A program made the translations under genes and the position numbers. A stretch of 64,000 nt of DNA from contig OZ316892.1 in the NCBI GenBank assembly GCA_973895155.1, positions 6,252,847 to 6,316,846 of the forward strand. The letters are read 5' to 3'. Below are positions 50,069 to 63,719 of this stretch, in pieces. Numbering within the stretch: the first letter of the stretch is position 1; each line of letters begins with the position of its first letter. This DNA comes from Marsupella aquatica (Eukaryota; Plantae; Marchantiophyta). Below the pieces are notes generated by a model. The model did no database searches. It was given only the letters and a program-made list of their open reading frames with translations, and was not told the origin of the DNA.

Positions 50069-50174
50069 AGTCACGGCTAGTAATTAGAATGTGGCCTCTG
50101 TGATGTCTCTCTAATAAACTCGTCACGGCTAGTAATTACAATATGGCCTCTGTGATGTCTCTCTAATAAACTCT
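50069..50174. repeat. ~52-bp tandem duplication
   Basis: gtcacggctagtaatta(g/c)aat(g/a)tggcctctgtgatgtctctctaataaactc twice. Confidence 0.9.
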
Positions 50175-51784
50175 CGGAGATTGACGATTTTGAAAGGTCC
50201 GCAAGGCGAGTTCGTCTTCCGCACCTGCCATATCATTCTCTGGCGTTAGCGCCTTTTTCGGAAGACTCCACTCTCAGGAAACAGCGGGGTTCTAAATAAA
50301 CCCTACGGTGTGCCCTTTGGCGTTTGCTCGCCGGGGCGATGGTGTGGTGCGATGGTGACATGGTGTGGTGAGGTAGGTGAGCAGTTTACATTTCTTCGCC
50401 TTCACTTTCTTGTCTCCCCTTTTTACGCATTTGTTGCTGCCAACGTATGCTGCGGAATGTCTACTGCGTAGAGAAAGGGATGGGAATTGCGGCCCGGGTG
50501 CGCTTGGATTGCATCCCACAGCCGGTGGTCCAAGTGCAAGAAGGATTTTGGAGCGTGGTGAGAGTGCGACGAACGAGGAGGGCAGAGGCAGAGGCAGAGG
50601 CAGAGGCTTTAGCGGAGGAATGAAGTGGCGTGCTGGACGATTACGTTTTCGGACGTCAGTGAACCTTTTGACTGACTTCGTGCCACGAGGTGGAGCAGAT
50701 GTGAAGAGAAAATGTGCTTTCTGTCAGAGTTCGACTCGGTTGAATTATTACATTTTTGTGAGGCGAAGTAAGTTGTCGCTTGAGCTGGAGAAAGAGCGAT
50801 TTTTTTATTGTGAATTTCGGAGGATTGGACCCGTCGTTCGTGCTCGAAACTTGATGCGTGATGTGCATGTGTTTCAACCACTTGCTTTCTGTCGATTTCC
50901 GGTGGCTTCCGCAACCACGTTTATAATTTGAATTGTGGAGATCTTTTGTGCCCTAAGAATCGCAGAAAGCGTCGCTTGAGATACTGAAGTTCTTTTACTG
51001 AAAATGAGTGAGGAGAAATAAGTTGCGTGGTGCTTTATTACGGTGTTAGCTCTCCTTCACTGTCTGAGTGCTTCCTCAGTGCGAGATTGTTCGATCCTGT
51101 CTCTCCAGCTTGGTTGTTGAAAATCTTGGATGACGTATTCGCTTCATTCGGGTTGGCAGAGGCACCTTCTAAAATTTGGCTATGTTGTTTTGTGTGATTC
51201 TCCCGTGTGTGTTGACTGAGTAGCCCCCAGCTGCCATTGCCGTTGTTCTTTTTGTCATTTTATCATGTGTCTCTTATCCACATTCCTTCCCTTACAGCGT
51301 GAGGGTGCTCTGCGTACAAAGGACATCCTTCGTTTCAGCTGCAGAAAAGTCAGACGTGTTGTGTTGGAATTGGTCCCTAATGGTATAATTTCATTGCGGC
51401 GAGCCATTTGTAACGACCATTTACGTTACTGATTCTTGGTTTCCTCACTGGTTATTGTGTGAGGATCCCTTTGGAATTTAAAATTTGATTCGGAGACTTT
51501 ATTCCCCCGCCTTGCCTCCATGGTGAACGAGGCCATCTCCTTGATACTGGGAGTGTGTGAGAAGCAGATAAACCGAGCGTGGGTAATACGAAGCCAATCG
51601 GTGGGCTCTCCAGTGAAAAATTTGGTGGTTGGAAAGTTTCATGGAGAAGTATGCGAATTCGCGCATACTAAATTTATCTCGTTAGTGGCTTTCACTTGAT
51701 CAAGGTGCGCAAGCTTACGCACGGCAGTCCATAAGGTGCTCATGCTTACGCACGGCAGTCCATAGTGCTCATTGTGCGAAAACA

Positions 51785-54700
51785 ATGAAACGCAAGAAGC
51801 CGGAAGGAGAGGATGGATACAGTTACATTTGTGCGATTTGCGAGGATTTTGGGGAGCTGCTCTGTTGCGAGCGATGTCGCCAATGTTTTCATTTGGCTTG
51901 CATTGGATTGTCGAGCTGCCCAGACAACTCATGGCTTTGCGACGACTGCTCTGAAGGCAAGGTGAGTCTTCTGTATGATTCCGCCGCTGAAGTGGAGTTC
52001 CTGCCCTTGCCTTCAATTTCAAATCCATTTGTGCGCTGAAGTGATCCTCGTTCTACTCAGCTCCCAGTGGATCGTTCCTCTCTGCGAAGTTACAGCATAC
52101 CTGATTGATCGGGAACGCCCTTCACCGAACCTTTCTCCTGAACCACTCTCTTCATTTCGCGTCCAGCTCTGAGTTTTAGCCTGTCGACACGGTTAAATTT
52201 TGTCAGTTCTGGGACGTTCGTTCTGGGACGTTCTTGAGATCTATGAATGCACTCGGGGCGCCTGGCAGAGCATCTGTTTGGAAATTTGATATCTACCTTC
52301 AACTCCGTTCAACAGTAGTGAGCAGAGTTGCTGAACCCTACGATTTGGATGGACTCAACTAAAACCCTGGAGGAGAATGCTCTTTTGGGCCTATTCTGTC
52401 TACATCTCTTATGTTTGCCTCGTTAAGTACACGACGATTGTGGCTCCGCTGTCCCTGTTGCAATTCACGGTTTTGAGCACTTTTGAGTCCTCAGTATTTT
52501 GCAATTTGTTGTCAACATCTCAAAGAAATTGTTAGTGTGAGTCGATAATATCTGAGGGATCTTAACGTTCCGATCGTTCTCTAGAGGCGCAACTGGATGA
52601 AGAACAAAATGGCAGACCCTAATTGACGAGTCCTTGTTTGAAGATCGGTTGGTGCTGGCTTGTGTCTTCGCCCTGTCCTACGTCAGGTCTTGTTTGATGA
52701 TTTCTCACCGTGTGCTATGGAGCAGGTCCGATGTTTTGACTGCAAGGAGTATGGACGTTTCAAAGAAAATTTACATCGTTGTGGTGTCGGTCTCTGCGGT
52801 AAAATATATCATGATCATTGCATTAAGGAATGGGGCAGGCCGCAGCCGAAGGGTCGGTCTGGCGTCGTGTGTCCTCATCACTATTGCGACGCTTGCTGGA
52901 ATGGGCAGTCCACTCAGCCGGGGAAAGAAAGCCTTTACAAGTGTCTGAAGTGCCCCACTGCTTACCACGAGACTTGCTTCCCGGACGGTGCAGGTCTCCT
53001 GGAAGACATTCCAGGGTTCATGCTATGTGCCAAACACAACGAAGACTGGAAATGCCAAAATGATGTAAGTTCTCCTGTTGAGACAGTACGCCGTTACTGC
53101 TGTATCAGCCATTGAAAGATTACTTTTAATTTCTCAGGCACATCCGATTTTCGACCTTCTCCACGGTGCCAGTACCTTAGGTGAGACTTGTGTCTTGAGT
53201 GTAGTTGATGGATGGAGGCGATATCTCACAGGTTTCAATATAGTTTTAAAAGAACAGGGGACTGAATCTCGCCTCGGATATGTGAATGCCAATATATGTT
53301 TCAAGTGGGTCTCTGTGTAAGCAAAGTGGTGATCTTTCATCTGCTCATTCTTCATCGGTGTTGCCTGCATTCCAGAACAACGCACCAACAGAAGATGTGA
53401 AAGTCGCTTTCGACAGGCTCCCTCTGCCAAGTGTTCCTCAAGATTTCAAACTACCTGTGTCTTTGAAAGTAGCTGTCAGGCGCTTCCTGAATAGACCGCC
53501 TTCTTATGTTCATATTCGGCGAAGTATCCTTTACAGTGAATTCCTTGTCTTCCTTCCAAATGTTTGCTTTTCTTTCACTTTCGTTCACTGTCATTCACCT
53601 GCTTTAAAAGCATAAAGGGTCCAAGGATTCGTTCCGTTGAATGTCAAGTATCTCTTGCCCGCGTGCAACGTTAACATTCTGAATAGGTGACTTTAAGATG
53701 TTCTGTATAGTATTCTCATTGAGCTTGAGGACACGGAAAAGCTGTACCTTTACCATATACCTAGACATCTACCTTGTTAATAGGCCACGAAAGAAAGCAG
53801 AGGAGGAGAATACGACATGCTTATGCCACGCCTCGGGGGACTCCACCGTTGCTTGTAAGAAGGATTGCTTGTGTGGGTGAGTTCTTCCAGAATGCATTCA
53901 ATTTTCCCTATAATTAATGCACTCACTCATAACTTTAAAATTAGGATGTTGAAGGGCAGACCTTGTGAATGATCACTACTTATACATATCGCTTTATTGG
54001 AGATTGATGCTAGTTTTCCACTTCGAAAGTTTATCATTGAAGTTTACAAACGGGATGTAGACCTTTGTTCTATGCTTTCTTGTGGAGTGACCTGCTATAG
54101 TTGCAAATCAGATGTACTGATGTTTGACGGTTTGTTCACAGAATACTGCTCACAAGCTGCTCCTCAAGTTGCAAGTGTGGTGATGCGTGCACCAACTTGT
54201 CTTTCCAGAAACGCCCCGTCCGGAAGTTGAAGGCTGTCAAGGTAGGATTATCCATCCTGCCCAGGTTTCAGTTTCGTGTTTCGTGATTTGATGGTTTGCT
54301 AGAGGATTACCTAGTGCACAAAATAGGTCATGTTATTGGGCATATTCTCCTCCCCCACCTATCATCTTTGACCGACTGTGTTTGTTAGTTTGCAAATTTG
54401 GTTTTCAATTAATGCTTGATGTGCTTGTGATTTTGCGTATCGATGTTTCTTTTTAAAATTTTACTGCGCTCGAACTTTGTCACTACATAATCCGAGTCAT
54501 TGGTTTCGTTTACTGTAGACAGAGCATTGTGGATGGGGTTTGAAGGCAGACGAGGACATAAGAGCTGGAGACTTTCTCGTGGAATACGTAGGAGAAGGTA
54601 TGCTTCTTGAGATCAAATCATATTCGACCACGATTCCCCAAAACTTCCGAGGATGAGGTGTCTATGAACATAAGGGAGGTCTCAAAACGTCTTTAGGTTT

Positions 54701-57700
54701 CAAGAGTCATTGAATGCATTTTGAAAATTAATTATTTCTTGATTTCTTGAATTCGTCCGGCTGCTGAAGTCCCGTTTGTTCGAATGGGTTTGTCTCTTCT
54801 GTCCTAAACTACTCACAACATGCGGGTGGGAGGAACTCTGGGATTGGGATAGCTTATATGTAGATCTATAATTCCGAAGACAGTTTTTCGTCTGATTCAA
54901 ATATTGATTGGGAGAACAGGAATTGACGTCGGCATAAGCAGCTGTCCAATTGAGACTAAATTGTTGAACGAATTTGCAAGGCCTGTGTTTTGATAAAACT
55001 CTTGGCGAACTTTGGGTGCGCGTATCTCCATTCTGGTTTAGGAATGAAAAAAGTGGCTGCTAATTTGAATCGGTTGCCTGGTTTCTTCCCAGTGATAGAC
55101 GATGAAACCTGTGAGAAAAGGTTGTGGGCTATGAAGGAGCAAGGTGAAAGTAACTTCTATATGTGTGAAATAAGTCGTGAAATAGTCATTGATGCAACGT
55201 TCAAGGGCAACTTATCGCGGTTTATCAACCATAGTTGCTGTCCAAACAGTGAGCTGCAAAAATGGTAAGTGGAGCATGTCTTAGGGCACCACTTGGTATT
55301 GAAATTTAAAGCTTTATTATCACCGACCACAAGAACGGAGGCTCTGGCTCGCACACTTAAAATAGAACTTGAAGTAGTCTCTTACTTTTGAAAGGTTCGA
55401 TACAGAGGCGAGGGTGCCAGAACATTTTGTGAAGGAATTCTGAAAGTCTACGAACAGTTGTAGCTGTTATCATTATTTTCCGAGCGAGGTTTCATTTGCA
55501 AGGATGCAGTTTGCTGGTTGTGATTATTCTGACTTTTGTGGCTAATATAATACAGGGAGATTGAAGGGGAGGTTCGGATTGGTGTGTTTGCCAAGCAGGT
55601 CATCAAGAAAGGAGAATTTGTTAGTTACGACTATCAGTATGTTGCGTGACCTCTCTTCATAGATCCATAGCTCATCAAGAGTGCTGGAAAAACGTTTTAA
55701 GATTGTCAAGAAATGTTTGTCAATTTTACTGTGACTCCTTCTTGACAACCCTACTAGCTTGTAAATATGGTCAACCTGACTTGAGTGCAGAAGGGTTATA
55801 TATTGCTGACAGGGATGCAGTGTTTCAGGAAGCAAGTAGCACAGCCACGCAACTGCCAACTTGAGGTGTTCCCTTAAAAGCTCATCTGGCAAAAAATAAT
55901 TTGGTGTACCAACCTTGTTGTAGGTTCATCCAGTTTGGAACAGATCAACTTTGCCACTGTGGGGCTTCGGGCTGTAGAGGGCAACTGGGAAAGCCTCACA
56001 AGCAAAAATTTACTCCAGAAACGCCAGTGAAGTTGACGAAGAGGGAAGCCCTGCTCCCAAGGGCATCGAGAAGGCCAAAGTTGTACGGGAGGTTCAGTAT
56101 CGAGCGAGGATTCACCCCTGTATGTATCTCACGGAATAATGTTTAGTTTGTGAAAATAGGCTGCAAAATGCCAACTCGCCAAATAGCAAGCATTAAGTCT
56201 TTTCACTTGCGTAATTGAGGTTAGTATCTCAAGGGGGCTTGAATATTATCTACTCAGTGTCGTAGCAAACTATTCAGACTCAGAAACTGATGTCGCTCTG
56301 TCCAGAAAGCAAGATGAAGCTGTGTATCTTCTGATGAATGGACGTTCAATTGTGGAAACAGATCAATGGAGTGTTTCGCCATCAGAGAAACTCCTTTGGT
56401 GAGGCTTGTAAAGGTGGAGGCTCTTTGTGCATGATTTCGTATTCTGAAAGATAAATTGGGATTTCGGAATTGTTTACTAATTACAAGATGTGGCATAAGG
56501 ATTTTCAGTTGTTCATCGTAAGATCCATTGACAAAAGAGACTTACGGTATCTCTTCGTTTACATGTGTGCAGTGGTGCAAGCAGACGTACATTATCACCG
56601 CAAAGGACGGGACAATAATGTGGGTCTTCGAATAAGGGTGTGGTGGCCTCTTGATCAAAAGTAAATACTGGCATACTTTGCTGGGAATGAGAGCACTCCT
56701 TTCTATGTACATACGGCTTACCTGTTATGGAGAAAATGAGATGAATTTGTGAAACAATTCCGGAAATCTCTTCGACGTTCAAAAAAAACGATCTAGGAAA
56801 ACAAAATGATAATATGTGGGATGCCGTAGTCCTCCTGTACAAACGCTTGCTTATATCCTGTGAAGATCGATGGATCTCTTAGTCCTCTCAAGCGAATGCA
56901 AAAAGGAGATTGACACAGGTCGAATAACCAGGAGAAGTTTAGAACGTTAATCAGTACAACCTGTTTGTACGTGGTCATTATCTATCGGTTTTATAATCGT
57001 GGTTTTCTATCTATTATTGCCACCTCTTTGCAGTAGAGAAATAAATTGGGGAATAACCAAGGTATTACTTGCAGGTTCTACCACGGGAAAATTGTTCGCT
57101 ATGATCCAACAATTGGTAAACATCAGGTACTAAACAGTGACCTTGTACATCAAGCTTTGTGGATGGATTGGGTCCGACATTCTAGTGACATCTGTTTCCT
57201 TTCTGTCTTGGAGGTTGTGGGTAGCTTGAGTGATGGATGGAAATATTTCCTATACGTCGGATTCCATACTTCTATTAGTTTTGGATTACCGTGGAAAGAT
57301 TCCTTCTTTTTTAGTGGCGGATAATTAGATTCGTACTTGATCGTAATCTGACCTTATCCCTCGCTTCGCAGATCAGGTATGATGACGGACAAGAAGAAGA
57401 CCTTCATATGGCTAAGGAAAGGTGGGAGGTTGAGGAGAGAAAACCATCACGAGTGAGTCCTGCACATCTAGAACGATTTACTGAAGTTTGGTGTATACTT
57501 GGAGCTTCTTGTGAAGTTTGGGTGGGTGTATCTTTGTGTCAGTCTTCAGAAGTGCTTCGGCAAACGGATGCTGAAAGTCATCTCCATCAGCATTTGATGC
57601 GTTAGTTCTCTTCATGCAGCCAAAGAGAAGCCGTTCACCTGTACAGGACGAGAATAATGACAAGTCGCATGTAGTTCGACTGAGGAGGTGTCCATCACCT

Positions 57701-58454
57701 ATATCAGAAGAGAAGAATAGCACGACACATGTATTTCGGCTGCGGAGAGGTTCATCACCTGTATTGGACGCGCAGTCTTGTGAACCAATGCTATTAGAGG
57801 CAAATGGAGTGCAGGCACATCGAATGGAGCTCAAGAAGGATCAGTCATCTTTCTCATTGCGGATGAGAGGCAAGTCTCCTACATTGGAGTCAAAAGGAAC
57901 CCAGTCATCTACCTTGGAGAGGAAGAGTAGCGAGGTACTTCCAATGGAGTGTAGGAGAACCCGTTCGCGAATTTTGCAGCGAAGAAGAGGCCAAGCATCT
58001 ACATTGAAGGAGGAAGGCAACGAATCACCTGCATTGCCAGAAGATAGACTCTCACTCATAGTTTGCAAGCAGTACACTAGGTGGGTTATGTAGTTGCCTC
58101 TTAAAGATCTTTGGAATTGCATGGACTTCCATACATCCAATTTGAGAAAAGACTGAATGACTAATTTTCAGTTCATGCGCCCCAATAGCGACACAATGTG
58201 TCAGATTCATAGGCTGCTAACTGATGGTAACTGTCATTACAATTCAATTAGTTGGGATCCTACTTCTGATACGTAAGCACTGTATTTTCTCTCTCTTGCA
58301 TGATTATCGAGGAATAGTTTGCAAGAAATGCCTGGTGTTGTGAGTTGCGCGTCAGACACGTCCACCTTCTTTTCCAAAGTATTAATAGGGATATATGTCT
58401 TGTTGCAGGCAACACTGTGCGCAAGCACTTGAATCCACATTGGATGATGATTGA
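51785..58454 (+). CDS. ASHR3: ASH1-related histone-lysine N-methyltransferase (ASHR3/SDG4-ASHH3 type): PHD fingers, AWS, SET, post-SET, Tudor, low-complexity tail
   Basis: Exons 51785-51961, 52726-53064, 53377-53523, 53765-53876, 54142-54241, 54519-54597, 55093-55264, 55556-55637, 55924-56119, 56362-56398, 56573-56660, 57074-57126, 57372-57452 and 57620-58080, then either read-through to the stop at 58093 or a last exon 58409-58454. Motifs CGWGL, EYVGEVIDD, IDATFKGNLSRFINHSC, YDYQF, CHCGASGCRG and RIRVWWPLDQKFYHG. Confidence 0.9.
53524..53764 (+). other. U12-type (minor spliceosome) GT-AG intron
   Basis: Donor GTATCCTTT; branch-like TACCTTTAC with the A 12 nt before the end of the intron; no pyrimidine tract; splicing gives HIRR-N-IYL in frame. 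Confidence 0.85.
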
Positions 58455-59427
58455 TGTTGGAGCTCGCGGAGGTTTCTACGTAGTTCCAATCCGCATCTCC
58501 AGATCTAAGCCCGTGGTATTGGACTCATTTGGCCCAGCAGGGCATGGTTATCTGAGTTCGAACTTTGTAATTAATACCATTATTTGATGGTTTAGAAGGA
58601 GTCCTATACGAGAAACCATTTTTGCAAGCGGTGTTGGTAGATGCTCTCCATGCTTTCTGGTACTGCAACAGGCTAACGGTGATAGTGCTTGCGGTACCAG
58701 ATGGATTGCTCGAACAGAACTTTGATTTGAAAGGGGGTGTAAAACTGTCGATGTATGGAATGCCTTGGCGTTCAGATCCAGCCATGTATATTCTCCAGAG
58801 AAATACCCCAAAAGAAGATTGCCCATAAAACCCCAAAGCAATTGTAGGTGATACTCTCAAAAGTTTGCAACACACTAGGACCATTTCCCAGAGTTAGCTC
58901 AGAGAATCACTACTTTAACAGGTCACTAGCCCAATGCCTGCAGTGGTTCGTTGCAGCCGGGTTTTGCAGTTGGGTTGTAGTTATGGAAGTGATGCTGGCA
59001 CAAAAATTGTGTCTTTCCTAAAAGTCTCATTGCAGAAAGTGTGGCCAGGTGCTTGTGATAATGTTGTTGTTGCATGAAATATAGGTTTTAAAATGATGTT
59101 TATGTTTCCAAGGTGTTCGCAAGGAATGTTGCATGAGGAGGATGATTGCAAGTTGAAAGCAGGGGATAGCAGGCTTACAATGGGTAAGGAGAGTTGGGGT
59201 GAGAATTGAGGCAAAAGTTGAAGCGAGACACAGGGAACCACAGCAAGGTCACTTCGGATGTGATTGCGGATGGTGTGATGGCAGATGGCACAAAAAAATT
59301 AACTATCCCCTGTGTTACTCCCCTTTGTACTTTTGCCTTCGCACACCCCCTTTCGTACCTCCAGTATCCTCTTTTCCTCTCTCCCTCACTGCCAGTCCCT
59401 CCGACTCCCCATCCCAGTAAGCTGCGT

Positions 59428-59545
59428 GCAAAATATTGTCAAGTGAAATGACTGAGGGATTAGCTACGCAAAATATTGTCAAGTGAAATGACTGAGGGAT
59501 TAGCTACGCAAAATATTGTCAAGTGAAATGACTGAGGGATTAGCT
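59428..59545. repeat. 40-bp tandem repeat x3
   Basis: gcaaaatattgtcaagtgaaatgactgagggattagctac, near-perfect. Confidence 0.95.
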
Positions 59546-62144
59546 TGATGGGATCCAAAAATTGAAATGTGTTAATTGATAAGACCCCTGAGTGATCCAG
59601 ACCCTTGATTGAACTTGAATCAACATACCCAAAACTTCAGAGGTCCTACAAAGTGACGCAATTCATTTTGGGAAACCCTAAATCCCTCGAAATGACTTGG
59701 TGGACAAAAATGATTGTGGACTAAAATGTGTGAGGTGCCAGTGGGGTATAAAGTAAAGTAATTCTAGGGGAAGACTAACAGAAAGCTTCATGCTAATAGA
59801 AGATTGTTAACAATCCACAGAAATAAGGCGTCAATTAAATGATCAATCTCCTTAGTACTTGATGAAATTTGTCAATCTTCAATTCATTGTAAAGCTGGAG
59901 AAATTTAGAAACTCATGACCTCTTTAATATTTTATAAAATCTCCAATCTCACTCATTGGAAAGGTAGAGAAAATTAGAAACTCATAATCTCCTTGGTACT
60001 CGATTAAATCTTCCTTGCGGCCCTATTAAAAACAAAATGAATTCGTCAATTTTCTATCATTTCATTCCTTGAAAAGCGATGATCGACCAAGTAGATCATG
60101 CAATAACAAAGATGATGTTTTAACATTTCCCATTTCTAATAGATGAGGCAAAAGATCAACAAGTATGTCCCACTTTGCTGAAGCCCACTAAATTCTGAAC
60201 TTTGAAAAGTTGTTTCCATAACAACACGCAAAGTTGCTGCCTCAATACCAACGGATAAACCAAGTGATTTTCCAAGTGACAAGTGTCTTGCGAAGCGGCC
60301 TATCCAACAATTGGGCTTCATTGCCAAATCTGATATGGATTAGCTATTGCTAGGTTTGGAGAATTCAAGTTGACAGAAAGTAGAGTGATGTATGCCTCCT
60401 ACTTTGGTAAAGTCAACGAGTCTTGAGGGTGAAATTTGAGCAATATACATATCCTGACAACATCTTCCTTGGAAATGTTTTTTTCAGTTTATTAAGATAA
60501 TGACCATGAAAACCCCATGGCGAGGAAAAGCAGGAAGAATCACACCACACCAATACAGCAACCCTCAACCAGGAGGGCAAAGAATCCTGACAACATCTTG
60601 TCTATCATCTCCATTGATTTGCTCTCATTCGTGCAAGCCATGAGTTCATTATCATTTGAGCGGCTTGTTTCGGAAGGACCACAATAATTGTTTGGTTGAT
60701 GACATCATGTGGTGAGCAAAGTGCTGCTAATCAAGTGGACTGGGATGGGACTGCATTAGTGGACTTACTGAGCTGTTAGTTCTCACTATGAGCTTACCAT
60801 CTCAGATTACAAGCTCTCTCGGGTGGCACTCAATACGAGCTATGGGACTGTTTTCTTCTATGCCCAAGTAGGTAACTATTGCAACATCTGTCTCACATTT
60901 GGGAGCCAGTACAAGTCCTTTCATGTATTCTTTGCATGTAAACTAGTTTGCAGAACAAGAAAGGCTGAATCTTATGGAATTTTGTAAGTTTTTTCTTTGC
61001 AAATGGTTCTAAGCCTGGTTGTAAGTTGACTAGGTATAGCTAGGGTCCTAAATACTTTAAACAGTATTAGTAAACTGAGAGTTCAATATCAGAAACAAAT
61101 GACCATGATGTTCTACTTAGTTCATGTCCACAGAAGTCACCGTTGATAGGAGTTTTGTTCAACTTAGTCAAATGGTCGATGGAAACCTTTTAAATGGTTT
61201 TGAATAGGCATTGCCAGCCGAGAACTTCTTGCTCTTTGCTATATAATGCAACGTCCTTGGCACACGATTTGTGTGAGTTCAATGATAGCTTGTCACAAGA
61301 CGTCACCTTCAAACACAATTGAGACAATCTTGAACTCCACCTGATTTCTTCAATATTCTATAGTGCACAATTGAGATGATCCTAAACTCCACGTGATTTT
61401 TTTTAATATTCTAGAGTGCTACAGTATGTGACTATAGCGCAAGGAAAATATTCTTTTTGGTACTAGAAAATACTCTTTGGGGCGCCTGTTCTAAAGCCCA
61501 GGGCTATCACTCCCCTCCCTGTGGCTCGAGTCAACGATTTGGATCAATTTCAGGGAGAGCACCGGGAATGCTTGATTTGGGGGACATAGTGACCTTTTTC
61601 GATCCAGGATTCTGAATTTGTTGTTGGCGGGGTTGATGTGGATTGGTGCCAAGGACAGGAGCTATTCTTGTGAAGAAGGGGATAGGCTCAGTAGATATGG
61701 ATAGCTGAGATGTGATGGCGCCACCTATAGACAGCAAGAGCTACAATGTTCACCGTAATTAGTGTTATGCAAGAATTAGTGTTAGTATAAAATTAGTTAT
61801 GACGGGGCCAATGCCCCCAGAGAATGATTTTTAAGGGGTAGTAGTGACGCACACATGTAAATAAATAGATTTGTGTCAAGTTTTTTTTTGCTTTTGTTCT
61901 CTTACAACCTCGCCAGAGATAGTTTACGCAAAATATAGATGAGGTGAGTGTCGATGTTTTTTATGTCCTCTTAATTTTAGTTGTCGGCCAAGCTCAGGAA
62001 AAGGGGGGGTTAAGTTGGCCACTGGCCGGTGCAAGACTAGGCATGTACCCTAATGCCCTCCCATGTAGGAGCCGGGGGATTTCCTTTCTTTCTATTTTTT
62101 AGGCGGCCATAGTATTAGAGTAATGTGGGCCGGGTCGAAATGTG

Positions 62145-63349
62145 TGAGTGGCCAAACACCACTTTGACCCTTGCCAGGAAGAGATAGGGAAAAGGAGCTT
62201 TGGAGTGGGCCATACACAAAAATATTTAAAATAATAATAAATTTAAAAGAGCCTTGGCCATTTGGAGACCCCAACCAGGAGTATCTTTGCACCTGGGGGA
62301 GGACCCAAAAGAGCCCCGGACACCGGAGGGCAAGCCCAAGGAGACCCCGGCCAGGAGGACAGTGATTACTAGAAGCAAGCAGTCAGATGAAGGTTAGTAC
62401 GTGAGCCATACGGACCTTGGCCACACAAAAGTTGAATTTTCAATCTTCTCAGAACCAAGAACTTATAGGCTTATTGGAAGGAGCTCACCGAGCTAAATCC
62501 AACAAGGTAAGACATGCCCCAAACGGAGTTAAAATGAGGGAGATACGGGCCGGAGTGTTTTTGTGACGAATTCCAGGACGAATTGGGGTCCAACGTCGTA
62601 CGGACGTCTGTACATACTTCAGGTGAGTGACCCCGGCCAATTCCCGGCATGCGGCCTTGGCCAAAGTACCTCATATGATGTCGTGATGGGAGGCCGGGAC
62701 CGTATGGACGACTTGGACGTGACAATGACCAGGGTAGAATCCAAGACTCGATAAGCCATATCTCGGGTGTCTGATGTCCGTTTTGGGAGCCGATTTCGGG
62801 GTTACGATCAGGATGGCAGTGGCTATTCAGAAACGTTCTCAGGACAAGATTTCGAGCAAGTTATACTTTCGACAATTTTCATGGTCAGGGTAGTGGGAGG
62901 CGGAGGCAGCCACGTAGTAGGAAGGCAGGCCATGGCCTACATAGGACTTACTCTAGTTTTTTTGTAGTTGATGTGATGGCCAACGAAGGCACCATTGGCC
63001 GCCCATAGGTAGCAATAGGGTTAGGAGTGCATGTATGTGCCGCATGTATAGAAAGCTTTTAGGTTAGAGGCGCCGCCAATGGATGGCGGCCAGCCAAGGC
63101 AGTGGCCACCGCCACACCCCCTAGGGCTTGTGTGTTCACGCGTTGTTGTTTTTGGTATTTAACCAACAGCCCCTGGTAGGAGTTGGGGGGACTCACTCTA
63201 GTGTTATTTTGTGAGGATTAGCCTTCAACAAGAATAGGGAATTGATCTGGAGTATTGAGGTGGAGAGGTGCTCATTGTACCATGAGGTAGGAGTTGAGTA
63301 GACGACAGGAGGCCGCGTTGCCCATGCAATGTGTTACCTTGGCCACTAA
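62145..63349. mobile_element. Possible degenerate solo LTR (~1.2 kb)
   Basis: 9-bp inverted ends agtggccaa (62147-62155) and ttggccact (63339-63347), GC-richer non-coding interior. No clean TSD or terminal CA. Confidence 0.35.
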
Positions 63350-63719
63350 AAGATATAGATTCGGTTGAATTTTCAGGAATTCTTGTGTGATGTTCTCTCT
63401 CTTTGTTGCACAATTGTGTCCTCCCTTAGCGTGAATGTTTAGAAAAACTTACATGGTTTGGTTGATCCTATGAGTGGGAGAGTGGTGACAGCACTTTGCC
63501 AAAGGCCAGGAGGAGTAGGAACAAGATAGTCCACGGGACTTCGTCAAAAGCAGAGTACACATATAGTCGGTAGACTTGTTTCAGGAGCGAAAATGAATAT
63601 ACTCATCCTTAGTAGGAAATTAATCCATATAGCGTCCCTCCACGTCCCTGTCATACGATACAAACGATTCTTAGTGGAAACCAAACGGTATTTGTTGTGT
63701 TAATCATTTGATAAGCAGG

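Noticed and set aside
50377-50931. 184-aa ORF with GRGRGRG upstream of the SET gene
   Set aside because: GTG start, GGCAGA microsatellite, splice-like signals; more likely 5'-UTR or intron.
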